A program made the translations under genes and the position numbers. Positions 46,388 to 55,251 of a DNA stretch of 64,000 nucleotides are shown here, in pieces. Source of the DNA: Brevundimonas sp. (GTDB taxonomy: Bacteria; Pseudomonadota; Alphaproteobacteria; Caulobacterales; Caulobacteraceae); assembly GCF_032017145.1 (NCBI RefSeq), contig NZ_DALZQC010000004.1:494-64493 (forward strand). The letters are read 5' to 3'. The number at the start of each line of letters is the position of its first letter. The stretch's first letter is position 1. The notes below the pieces were generated by a model. The model saw nothing but the letters and a program-made list of their open reading frames with translations, was not told where the DNA came from and searched no databases.

Positions 46388-47794
46388 TCAGGCCGCCGTT
46401 GGATAGGGCGTCGCCGCGCTGCGATTGGGGTCGATCACCAGCGCGCGCCCTATGGGCGGAAACGCCCTTTGCGGGCAGGCTGGGCGCTCGCACACCTTGC
46501 AGCCCGCGCCGATGGGCGTGGCGGCGGCGACGTCCGACAGGTCCAAACCCTGCGAATAGACCAGGCGCGAGGCGTGGCGGATGTCGCACCCCAGGCCGAT
46601 GGCGAAACTCTTGCCCGGCGCGCCGAAGGCCGGACCGGGACTGCCGACCGTTCGGGCGATCCACAGATAGGTGCGCCCGTCCGGCATCTGCGCCATCTGG
46701 GTCAGGACGCGGCCGGGCTGGGCGAAGGCTTCGTAGACATTCCAGAGCGGGCATGAACCGCCCACGCGCGAAAAGTGAAAGTCGGTCGCCGACTGGCGTT
46801 TGGAGATATTGCCTGCGCGATCGACCCTGACGAAGAAGAAGGGCACGCCCAGCGCCCCCGGACGCTGAAGGGTGGAAAGCCGGTGACAGACGGTCTCGAA
46901 CCCCACCCCGAAATGCCGCCCAAGCCGCACGATGTCATAGGCGAAGGTCTCGGCCTGCTGAAGAAAATCACGATAGGGCAACAGGACGGCGCCGGCGAAA
47001 TACTGGGCCAGGCCGATGCGCAGAAGGTCGCGCGTCTCCCGGTCGTCGAACCCCGCGCCGTCGATCAAGGTCTCGATGGCGGCGCCCGCCTCCAGATAGG
47101 CGAGCTGCATCGCCATCTGGAACGCCTGCTGGCCCTGTTTGGTGAAGGGCGAGACATGCAGGGTGCGATTGACGGCGTCGAAGCGACGCTGGGCCTCCTC
47201 CCCCTCGTCGACGACGACGCGCACGCCGTGCCTTTGGGCCAGCCAGGCCGCCAGGCCCGGCCGGACCTGACGCGGCGCCAGACCAGCGGCGGCATAGAGA
47301 CGCTCGGCCGCCTCATCCAGTTCGGCGACATGATTGCGACGCGAATAGAAGAAGTCGCGCACCTGTTCGAACGGCATACGGGCGGGCGTGTCGTCGGCGA
47401 ACTCCTCTCCCAGCCTCAAGGCCATGGCCTCGGCCCGGTCGGCGCTGCGCCTCGACTTGCGGTGCAGCGCGACCAGCGCCCGCCCGACCGCAGGCATGTT
47501 CAGCGCCAGTTCCCGCAACTCAGCCGTCGATATGTGCTCGGCCCCGCCCTCCCCCAGGGCTTCGCGCACATCCGAGATCAGCCGCCCCTCCTCGTCTTCC
47601 GAGAACAGCTGAACATCGACGCCGAAAGCGGCGTTGAGCTTGAGCAGCAGGGGCACGGTCAGCGGGCGCTGGTTGTGCTCGATCTGACTGAGATAGCTGT
47701 TGGATATTCCCAGCGCCTGCGCCACGGCGGTCTGGGTCAGGCTGCGCTCTTCGCGCAGCCGACGCAGACGAACACCCATGAAGGTCTTGCTCAT
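46388..47794 (-). CDS. XRE-HTH / ImmA-like peptidase / DUF2083 regulator (short-chain fatty acyl-CoA regulator, ScfR/PrpR/RamB family)
   Basis: MGVRLRRLREERSLTQTAVAQALGISNSYLSQIEHNQRP HTH; 468 aa; C-terminal Cys cluster (C..CPLWN .. CKVCERPACPQR); adjacent to prp genes. Confidence 0.8.
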   Translation of the reverse strand: MSKTFMGVRLRRLREERSLTQTAVAQALGISNSYLSQIEHNQRPLTVPLLLKLNAAFGVDVQLFSEDEEGRLISDVREALGEGGAEHISTAELRELALNMPAVGRALVALHRKSRRSADRAEAMALRLGEEFADDTPARMPFEQVRDFFYSRRNHVAELDEAAERLYAAAGLAPRQVRPGLAAWLAQRHGVRVVVDEGEEAQRRFDAVNRTLHVSPFTKQGQQAFQMAMQLAYLEAGAAIETLIDGAGFDDRETRDLLRIGLAQYFAGAVLLPYRDFLQQAETFAYDIVRLGRHFGVGFETVCHRLSTLQRPGALGVPFFFVRVDRAGNISKRQSATDFHFSRVGGSCPLWNVYEAFAQPGRVLTQMAQMPDGRTYLWIARTVGSPGPAFGAPGKSFAIGLGCDIRHASRLVYSQGLDLSDVAAATPIGAGCKVCERPACPQRAFPPIGRALVIDPNRSAATPYPTAA

Positions 47795-47804
47795 AGACTT
47801 TTAC

Positions 47805-47890
47805 AACTTTTGCATAAAGCCGGAAAGAATTTCTCAAACATCCGCAAAGAGAATGCTTAAGCCTGACCGATAAATGCAAATATTGCAAAC
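47805..47890. promoter_or_regulatory. TTTGCA/TGCAAA motif cluster upstream of the ScfR-type regulator gene
   Basis: AACTTTTGCATAAA, CCGCAAAGA, AAATGCAAATATTGCAAAC; resemble the RamB/PrpR TTTGCAAA-type sites (recollection). Confidence 0.4.
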
Positions 47891-47930
47891 ATGAAGACAT
47901 CGCAAGACGTCTTGCCGCCGCTCAGACCGC

Positions 47931-49130
47931 TCAGGGCTCCGACGGCACGAAGACGTCGCCCGTCATCAGCCGACGCGCGCTGCGGCTCATGACGGCCTTG
48001 ACGACGGTCCAGTCGCCGTCGCGCCGCTGCGCCTCGGCCCCGACCCGCAACGTGCCGGACGGATGACCGAACCGGACCGCGCTGCGCTCGCCCCCGCCGG
48101 CCGCCAGATTGACCAGCGTGCCCGGCACGGCGGCGGCCGCGCCGATGGCGACGGCGGCGGTGCCCATCATGGCGTGGTGCAGCTTGCCCATCGACAGGGC
48201 GCGGACCAGCAGGTCGATCTCCTGCGCCTTAATCGTCCTGCCGCTGGAGACGACGTGATCGCGGGCCGGCGCGACGAAGGCGATCTTGGGCGTGTGCTGA
48301 CGGCGCGAGGCCTCATCGGTCGATGCGATCAGCCCCATCCGAACCGCGCCGATGGCGCGCAGGGCCTCGAACCGCTTCAAGGCCGCCGCATCGCCATTTA
48401 GGGCCTCCTGCAACTCGGCGCCGGTATAGCCGATATCGGCAGCGTCCACGAAGATGGTCGGAATGCCGGCGTCGATCAGCGTGGCCTTCAGCCTGCCGCC
48501 CGCCACCAGGTCCTCCGGCACGTCCAGTTCATCGATCAGATTGCCTGTCGGGAACATGGCGCCCCCTGAACCGTCATCGGCCTGGCCCTCATCGGCGGGA
48601 TCGAGGAACTCCAGCACGATCTCGGCGGCGGGGAAGGTCACGCCGTCCAGTTCGAAGTCGCCGGTTTCCTGCACGGCCCCGCCCGCGACTGGGACATGGG
48701 CGATGATGGTCTTGCCGATATTGGCCTGCCAAATCCGGACAGTGCGGACGCCGTCGCCCCCTGCATCGACATAGCCCGCGTGGATGGCGAAGGCCCCCGC
48801 CGCCGTCGACAGATTCCCGCAGTTGCCCGACCAGTCGACGAAATCCATGTCGATGGAGACCTGGCCATACAGATAGTCGACATCATGGTCGGGCCGGTCG
48901 CTGGGCGAGATGATCACGCATTTCGACGTGCTCGAGGTCGCGCCGCCCATGCCGTCGATCTGTTTGCCATAGGCGTCCGGACTGCCGATCACCCGCTGGA
49001 ACAGCCGGTCCCGCGCCGGGCCGGGCACGCGCGCCGCGTCGGGCAGGTCTTCCAGACGGAAGAAGACGCCTTTCGATGTGCCGCCGCGCATATAGGTGGC
49101 GGGGATGCGGATCTGCGGACCGTGCGACAT
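47931..49130 (-). CDS. prpF: 2-methylaconitate cis-trans isomerase PrpF
   Basis: 399 aa; IPATYMRGGTSKGVFF N-terminus typical of PrpF; one-nucleotide TGATG junction with acnD. Confidence 0.85.
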   Translation of the reverse strand: MSHGPQIRIPATYMRGGTSKGVFFRLEDLPDAARVPGPARDRLFQRVIGSPDAYGKQIDGMGGATSSTSKCVIISPSDRPDHDVDYLYGQVSIDMDFVDWSGNCGNLSTAAGAFAIHAGYVDAGGDGVRTVRIWQANIGKTIIAHVPVAGGAVQETGDFELDGVTFPAAEIVLEFLDPADEGQADDGSGGAMFPTGNLIDELDVPEDLVAGGRLKATLIDAGIPTIFVDAADIGYTGAELQEALNGDAAALKRFEALRAIGAVRMGLIASTDEASRRQHTPKIAFVAPARDHVVSSGRTIKAQEIDLLVRALSMGKLHHAMMGTAAVAIGAAAAVPGTLVNLAAGGGERSAVRFGHPSGTLRVGAEAQRRDGDWTVVKAVMSRSARRLMTGDVFVPSEP

Positions 49131-51754
49131 CAGGCGGCGGCCTCCTGTTCCAGGAAGTCCTGAGCGAAACGTTGCAGCACCCCGCCCGCCTCATAGATCG
49201 AGACCTCCTCGGCGGTGTCCAGGCGGCATTTGACCGAGACCGTCTCCTGCGTCCCTTCAGCGCGGTGAACGACCAGGCTCAGCTCCGCGCCCGGCGCGGC
49301 TTGACCGACGACGTCATAGGTTTCCGTGCCGTCCAGCTTCAGACCCAGCCGGGTCACCCCGCCGGTGAACTCCAGCGGCATCACGCCCATGCCGATCAGA
49401 TTGGTGCGGTGAATCCGCTCGAAACCCTCGGCGACGATGGCCTCGACCCCCGCCAGACGCACGCCCTTGGCGGCCCAGTCGCGCGACGAGCCCTGGCCGT
49501 AATCGGCGCCCGCGATGATGATCAGCGGCTGACGACGGCCCAGATAGGTCTCGATCGCCTCCCACATCCGCACCACCTGGCCGTCCGGCTCCAGCCGCGC
49601 CAGAGAGCCCTTCTTCACCGCCCCGTCCACCACAGCCATCTCATTGACCAGTTGGGGGTTGGCGAAGGTGGCGCGCATGGCCGTCAGGTGATCACCCCGA
49701 TGGGTGGCGTAGGAGTTGTAGTCCTCCTCCGGCACGCCCATCGCCGTCAGGTATTCGCCCGCCGCCGAGGTCGGCAGGATGGCGTTCGACGGCGACAGGT
49801 GATCGGTCGTGATGTTGTCCGGCAGGATGGCCAGGGGCCGCATCCCCTTCAGCGTGCGCGGGCTGGCCGCCAGGGCACCCAGCCCCTCGGTGTCCCAATA
49901 GGGCGGACGGCGGATATAGGTCGACTGGGGCCGCCAGTCATACAGCGGCGCGGCGGGCGCTCCGCCATGCAGGCGCTTGGCGAACATCGGCTCATAGACG
50001 TTGCGGAACTGTTCGGGCTTGACGTGCCTGCCGACGATGGCGTCGATCTCGGCGTCGGTGGGCCACAGGTCCTTCAGACGGATTTTACTACCGTCGGGCG
50101 CGACGCCCAGGACATCCTGCTCGATATCGAACCGCACCGTCCCGGCGATGGCGTAGGCCACCACCAGTGGCGGCGAGGCCAGGAAGGCCTGTTTGGCGTA
50201 GGGATGGATGCGGCCGTCGAAGTTGCGGTTCCCGGACAGGACGGCCGTCGTATAGAGGTCGCGCTCCACGATCGCGTTCTGGATCACCGGATCGAGCGCG
50301 CCCGACATGCCGTTGCAGGTGGTGCAGGCGAAGCCGACGATGCCGAAGCCCAGCGCCTCCAGTTCCGGCAGCAGGCCTGCATCCTCCAGATAGAGTTGCG
50401 CCACCTTGGAGCCCGGGGCGAACGAGGTCTTGACCCAAGGCTTGCGGACCAGACCCAGGGCGTTGGCCTTTCGGGCCACCAGGCCCGCCGCGACAACGTT
50501 TCGGGGGTTGGAGGTGTTGGTGCAGCTGGTGATGGCGGCGATGATGACCGCGCCGTCCGGCATCAGACCCTCGCGCTCTTCGGCCAGGGCGCCGTCCAGA
50601 TCGACCGCCACGCCGCGCGCCTGCAGGGCCGAGGTCGGCAGGCGACGATGCGGATTGGAAGGCCCAGCCAGATTGCGTTCGACCGTGGACAGATCGAACG
50701 CCAGCACCCGCTCATAGTCGGCGGTTTTCAGCCCGTCGGCCCAAAGGCCGATGGTCTTGGCATAGGTCTCGACCAGGTCGATCTGTTCGGGCTCGCGACC
50801 GGTCAGGCGCAGATAGTCGATGGTCTGCTGGTCGATGTAGAACATCGCCGCTGTCGCCCCGTATTCAGGGCACATGTTCGAGATGGTGGCCCGGTCGCCG
50901 ATGGTCAGGCTGTCCGCCCCCTCCCCAAAGAACTCCAGCCAGGCGCCGACCACCCGCTCCTTGCGCAGGAACTCGGTCAGGGCCAGCACGATGTCGGTGG
51001 CGGTGATGCCCTCACGGCGCCGCCCCGTCAGTTTGACGCCCACGATATCGGGCAGGCGCATCATCGACGGCCGCCCCAGCATCACCGTCTCGGCCTCCAG
51101 CCCCCCGACTCCAATCGCTATGACGCCCAGGGCGTCGACGTGCGGCGTATGGCTGTCGGTGCCGACGCATGTGTCGGGGAAGGCGAGCCCATCGCGCACC
51201 TGCACGACCGGAGACATCTTCTCCAGATTGATCTGGTGCATGATGCCGTTGCCGGCGGGAATGACGTCCACATTCTCGAAGGCCCGCTTGGTCCATTCGA
51301 TGAAGTGGAACCGGTCCTCGTTGCGGCGATCCTCGATGGCGCGGTTCTTGGCGAAGGCCTCGGGATCGAACCCCGGCGCCTCGACCGCCAGGGAGTGGTC
51401 GACGATCAGCTGGGTCGGCACGACCGGATTGACCTTGGCCGGATCCCCGCCCTGCTCGGCGATGGCGTCACGCAGTCCCGCCAGATCGACCAGGGCCGTC
51501 TGGCCCAGAATGTCGTGGCAGACGACGCGCGCCGGATACCAGGGAAAGTCCAGATCGCGCTTGCGCTCGACGATCTGCCTCAGCGCCTCGTCGCGCGAGG
51601 CGGGGTCGCAATGACGCACCAGCTGCTCGGCCAGCACCCGCGACACATAGGGCAGACGGTCATAGGCTCCCGGCTGAATGGCGTGAACCGCCGCGCGCAC
51701 ATCGAAATAGTCGAGCGACGTACCGAGCAGTCGGCGACGATAGGCTTCATTCAT
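49130..51754 (-). CDS. acnD: Fe/S-dependent 2-methylisocitrate dehydratase AcnD
   Basis: 874-aa aconitase family with Cys ligands (CTNTSNP, CTTCNG); pairing with prpF defines AcnD. Confidence 0.85.
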   Translation of the reverse strand: MNEAYRRRLLGTSLDYFDVRAAVHAIQPGAYDRLPYVSRVLAEQLVRHCDPASRDEALRQIVERKRDLDFPWYPARVVCHDILGQTALVDLAGLRDAIAEQGGDPAKVNPVVPTQLIVDHSLAVEAPGFDPEAFAKNRAIEDRRNEDRFHFIEWTKRAFENVDVIPAGNGIMHQINLEKMSPVVQVRDGLAFPDTCVGTDSHTPHVDALGVIAIGVGGLEAETVMLGRPSMMRLPDIVGVKLTGRRREGITATDIVLALTEFLRKERVVGAWLEFFGEGADSLTIGDRATISNMCPEYGATAAMFYIDQQTIDYLRLTGREPEQIDLVETYAKTIGLWADGLKTADYERVLAFDLSTVERNLAGPSNPHRRLPTSALQARGVAVDLDGALAEEREGLMPDGAVIIAAITSCTNTSNPRNVVAAGLVARKANALGLVRKPWVKTSFAPGSKVAQLYLEDAGLLPELEALGFGIVGFACTTCNGMSGALDPVIQNAIVERDLYTTAVLSGNRNFDGRIHPYAKQAFLASPPLVVAYAIAGTVRFDIEQDVLGVAPDGSKIRLKDLWPTDAEIDAIVGRHVKPEQFRNVYEPMFAKRLHGGAPAAPLYDWRPQSTYIRRPPYWDTEGLGALAASPRTLKGMRPLAILPDNITTDHLSPSNAILPTSAAGEYLTAMGVPEEDYNSYATHRGDHLTAMRATFANPQLVNEMAVVDGAVKKGSLARLEPDGQVVRMWEAIETYLGRRQPLIIIAGADYGQGSSRDWAAKGVRLAGVEAIVAEGFERIHRTNLIGMGVMPLEFTGGVTRLGLKLDGTETYDVVGQAAPGAELSLVVHRAEGTQETVSVKCRLDTAEEVSIYEAGGVLQRFAQDFLEQEAAA

Positions 51755-51848
51755 TTGAGCCGAGTTCCCCTGATCTTCATCGCGTCATTATCGACCCGCG
51801 ACGGGGGCTTCGGAACGCCTGAAAGGGCGGAGATTTGTGAACGCCGCC

Positions 51849-51907
51849 CTGCAAATCAGCAAACTTTGCGGACACATCCAGGTTTGCAGCTTTCGCGGAT
51901 TTGCAGC
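51849..51907. promoter_or_regulatory. TTTGCA-type repeat cluster in the acnD / prpC divergent region
   Basis: CTGCAAATC, CAAACTTTGCGGA, GGTTTGCAGC, GGATTTGCAGC within 59 bp; the second resembles the RamB motif AAAACTTTGCAAA. Confidence 0.4.
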
Positions 51908-52004
51908 ATCGCCTTCACTGATTTCCGCTCTTTCAGTCCTTCTGAGATCGATCGAAGCGTGAATATTCAAGGGCCTTGCGGATGATCCGCTGTCCGAGGC
52001 CCCC

Positions 52005-52430
52005 ATGTCGTCGCCGACGCCGCTTCCCCCTGACGAGACCCGGTTCGCCGAAATGGTCTTCCCGGAACAGGCCAATCACTATGGCGCGCTGTTCGCCGGT
52101 TCGGCCCTTGCGCTGCTGAGCAAGGCCGCCTTCGTCGCCGCCAGCCGCCGCGCCCGCAACGACGTCGTGATGGCGCGGTCCGAAGCCACCGATTTTCACA
52201 CGCCCGTCCGCGTCGGCGAACTGCTGGACATGGTGGCGCGCGTGATCCGTGTCGGTCGCACGTCCCTGACCGTGGAGGTCGAGGGCGTGGCCGAAACCCT
52301 GTCCACCGGCGCGCGACGCCCGGCGCTGAACGGCCGCTTCGAAATGGTCGCCGTCGACGCCGAAGGCCGTCCGCGCCCGATCACCCTTCACCCCTGCTCC
52401 GGCGCCCCGGTCTTCGTGGCCGCCCAATAA
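52005..52430 (+). CDS. hotdog-fold acyl-CoA thioesterase
   Basis: 141 aa; [25 protein letters not shown] and the [12 protein letters not shown] pattern of 4HBT/YciA-type thioesterases. Confidence 0.7.
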   Translation: MSSPTPLPPDETRFAEMVFPEQANHYGALFAGSALALLSKAAFVAASRRARNDVVMARSEATDFHTPVRVGELLDMVARVIRVGRTSLTVEVEGVAETLSTGARRPALNGRFEMVAVDAEGRPRPITLHPCSGAPVFVAAQ

Positions 52431-52447
52431 GCTTTTCGAGGAAATCC

Positions 52448-53605
52448 ATGTCCGAAGTCGCCGCCGCTCCTGGCGTGAAGCCGAAGAAGTCCGTCGCCCT
52501 GTCCGGCGTCCTGGCGGGCAACACCGCCCTGTGCACCGTCGGTCGCTCGGGCAACGACCTGCATTATCGGGGCTATGACATCTTGGACTTCGCCGAGACC
52601 AGCGAGTTCGAGGAAATCGCCCATCTGCTGATCCACGGCGCCCTGCCGACCGCCGCTCAGCTCAAGGCCTACAAGGCCAAGCTCAAGGCCCTGCGCGGCC
52701 TGCCCGCCGCCGTGAAGTCGGCGCTGGAGACGGTTCCGGCGGCGGCCCACCCGATGGACGTGATGCGGACGGGCGTTTCGGCCCTGGGCTGCGCCCTGCC
52801 CGAGGCGCACGACCACAACCACCCCGGCGCCCGCGACATCGCCGACCGGCTGATCGCCTCCCTGGGTTCGATGCTGCTCTACTGGCACCACTTCAGCCAG
52901 AACGGACGCCGCATCGAGGTGGAGACCGACGACGATTCCATTGGCGGCCATTTCCTGCATCTGCTGCATGGAACGGCGCCGTCCGACAGCTGGGTGCGGG
53001 CCATGCACACCTCGCTGATCCTGTACGCCGAGCATGAGTTCAACGCCTCGACCTTCACCGCCCGCGTCATCGCCGGGACGGGCTCGGACATGTTCTCGGC
53101 CATCGCCGGGGCCATCGGCGCCCTGCGCGGTCCCAAGCACGGCGGCGCCAATGAAGTCGCCTTCGAAATCCAGAAACGCTACGCCGACGCCGACGAGGCC
53201 GAGGCCGACATTCGCCGTCGCATGGAGGCGAAAGAGGTCATCATCGGCTTCGGCCACCCCGTCTATACGATCAGCGACCCCCGCAATGTCGTCATCAAAC
53301 GTGTCGCCAAGACCCTGTCGGACGAGGCCGGCTCGACCCGGATGTACGACATCGCCGAACGCATCGAGAGCGTCATGATGGACGAGAAGAAGATGTTCCC
53401 GAACCTGGACTGGTTCTCGGCCGTCTCCTACCACATGATGGGCGTGCCGACGGCGATGTTCACGCCCCTGTTCGTCATCTCGCGCACCACGGGCTGGGCC
53501 GCCCATGTGATCGAGCAACGCACCGACAACAAGATCATCCGCCCCTCGGCTAACTATACCGGCCCGGAAAACCTGACGTTCGCGCCTCTGGCCGAACGCG
53601 CCTAA
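52448..53605 (+). CDS. prpC: 2-methylcitrate synthase
   Basis: 385-aa citrate synthase family ([27 protein letters not shown]); prp context. Confidence 0.9.
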   Translation: MSEVAAAPGVKPKKSVALSGVLAGNTALCTVGRSGNDLHYRGYDILDFAETSEFEEIAHLLIHGALPTAAQLKAYKAKLKALRGLPAAVKSALETVPAAAHPMDVMRTGVSALGCALPEAHDHNHPGARDIADRLIASLGSMLLYWHHFSQNGRRIEVETDDDSIGGHFLHLLHGTAPSDSWVRAMHTSLILYAEHEFNASTFTARVIAGTGSDMFSAIAGAIGALRGPKHGGANEVAFEIQKRYADADEAEADIRRRMEAKEVIIGFGHPVYTISDPRNVVIKRVAKTLSDEAGSTRMYDIAERIESVMMDEKKMFPNLDWFSAVSYHMMGVPTAMFTPLFVISRTTGWAAHVIEQRTDNKIIRPSANYTGPENLTFAPLAERA

Positions 53606-53632
53606 GACCGCCTGAAAGCCTACGGAGCCTCC

Positions 53633-54565
53633 ATGCCCTATCTCGTCGCCGCCGACCTGCCGACCGAATCCGCCGGCAAGCGTTTCCGCGCCGCCCTGGC
53701 CCGCGAAGGAATCTGGCAGTTGCCCGGCGCCCACAACGGCCAGGCGGCCATCCAGGCCCGGAACGCCGGCTTCGACGGGGTCTATCTGTCGGGCGCGGCG
53801 ATGACGGCCTCCATGGGCCTGCCGGACCTTGGCATCATCACGGTGGACGAAGTCGCCTTCTTCATCCGCCAGATCGCCCGGGCGTCCGGCCTTCCCCTGC
53901 TGGTGGACGGCGACACCGGCTATGGCGAGGCGCTGAACGTCATGCACATGGTGCGGACGTTCGAGGAGGCGGGCGCCGGGGCCGTACATCTGGAGGACCA
54001 GATCCTGCCCAAGAAGTGCGGCCACCTGAACGGCAAGGCCCTGGTTCCCGCCCTGGATATGGCCGCCAAGGTCGCCGCCGCCAGGAAGGCCAGCCGCGAC
54101 ATCGTCATCATGGCCCGCACCGACGCAGCCGGCGTGGAAGGCTTCGACGCCGCCGTCGACCGCGCCAGGATGTATGTTGACGCCGGCGCCGACTGCATCT
54201 TCCCGGAAGCGCTCAACACCCGCGAGATGTTCGAGAAGTTCGCCAAGGCCATGCCCGGCGTCCCCCTGCTGGCCAATATGACCGAGTTCGGCAAGACGCC
54301 CTTCTACACGGCCGCCGAGTTCGAGCAGATGGGCTACAAGATGGTGATTTGGCCCGTGTCGTCCCTGCGCGTCGCCAACAAGGCCCAGGCCGAACTCTAC
54401 GCCTCGATCAAGACCAATGGCGGCACGCACAAATACGTCGACCGCATGCAGACCCGCCAGGAACTGTACGACACCATCGGCCTGCACGCCTTCGAAGACC
54501 TGGACGCCTCCATCATCAAGACCATCGTGCCCCAGGGCATGCCGCAGGAAGACGGAGCGGTTTAG
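53633..54565 (+). CDS. prpB: methylisocitrate lyase
   Basis: ICL/PEPM family; LLVDGDTGYG, HLEDQILPKKCGHLNGK catalytic loop. Confidence 0.9.
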   Translation: MPYLVAADLPTESAGKRFRAALAREGIWQLPGAHNGQAAIQARNAGFDGVYLSGAAMTASMGLPDLGIITVDEVAFFIRQIARASGLPLLVDGDTGYGEALNVMHMVRTFEEAGAGAVHLEDQILPKKCGHLNGKALVPALDMAAKVAAARKASRDIVIMARTDAAGVEGFDAAVDRARMYVDAGADCIFPEALNTREMFEKFAKAMPGVPLLANMTEFGKTPFYTAAEFEQMGYKMVIWPVSSLRVANKAQAELYASIKTNGGTHKYVDRMQTRQELYDTIGLHAFEDLDASIIKTIVPQGMPQEDGAV

Positions 54566-55251
54566 ACAACCAGCCGATAGCCGATGCCGGGCTCGGTCAC
54601 GAGCATGACTGGCTGGGCCGGGTCCGCCTCCAGCTTGTGCCGCAGCTGACCGACGACGACGCGCAGATACTGGACGTCGTCGGCATGGCCGGCGCCCCAT
54701 ATGGCCTTCAGCAGATCGACGTGACCCAGCACCTTGCCGGCGTTGCGGGCCAGATAGGCCAGGACCTCGTATTCCTTGGGGCGCAGCTTCACCCGCTCGC
54801 CCGCGCGGGCGACGATGCGACGGTCCAGGTCGATCACCATATCGCCCGCCGTGACCACGCCGCCCACGATCGGCGTCAGCGCGCCCTGGCGCAGACCCGC
54901 GCGGATGCGGGCCAGCAGTTCGCCCACGCCGAACGGCTTTTCGACATAGTCGTTGGCGCCCAGGTCCAGGGCCGTGATCTTCTCGGCCTCGCGGTCACGG
55001 GCGGACAAGACGATGATCGGCCCCGGATAGAACTCACGCGCGCGGGTCAGCACATCCTTGCCGTCCATATCGGGCAGTCCCAGGTCCAGAACCACGGCGT
55101 CGGGGCTCCACAAGGCGATGGCGCGCAGGCCCTCCTGGCCGCTGTCGGCGCGGCGGGGCTCGTAGCCGGCGGCGTTCAGGGCGGGTGCCAGGAAACGGTG
55201 GATCTGGGGTTCGTCGTCGATGACCAGAACCTGGGGGCGAACGGCGGACAT
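54562..55251 (-). CDS. kdpE: two-component response regulator KdpE (OmpR family)
   Basis: VLVIDDEPQI, DAVVLDLGLPDMDG receiver; winged-helix C-terminus; TGATG junction with kdpD. Confidence 0.9.
   Translation of the reverse strand: MSAVRPQVLVIDDEPQIHRFLAPALNAAGYEPRRADSGQEGLRAIALWSPDAVVLDLGLPDMDGKDVLTRAREFYPGPIIVLSARDREAEKITALDLGANDYVEKPFGVGELLARIRAGLRQGALTPIVGGVVTAGDMVIDLDRRIVARAGERVKLRPKEYEVLAYLARNAGKVLGHVDLLKAIWGAGHADDVQYLRVVVGQLRHKLEADPAQPVMLVTEPGIGYRLVV

Noticed and set aside
54562-54565. Overlapping convergent stop codons of prpB (TAG) and kdpE (TAA), and the one-nucleotide TGATG junctions (49130, 55251).
   Set aside because: These are compact-genome features without evident regulatory meaning.
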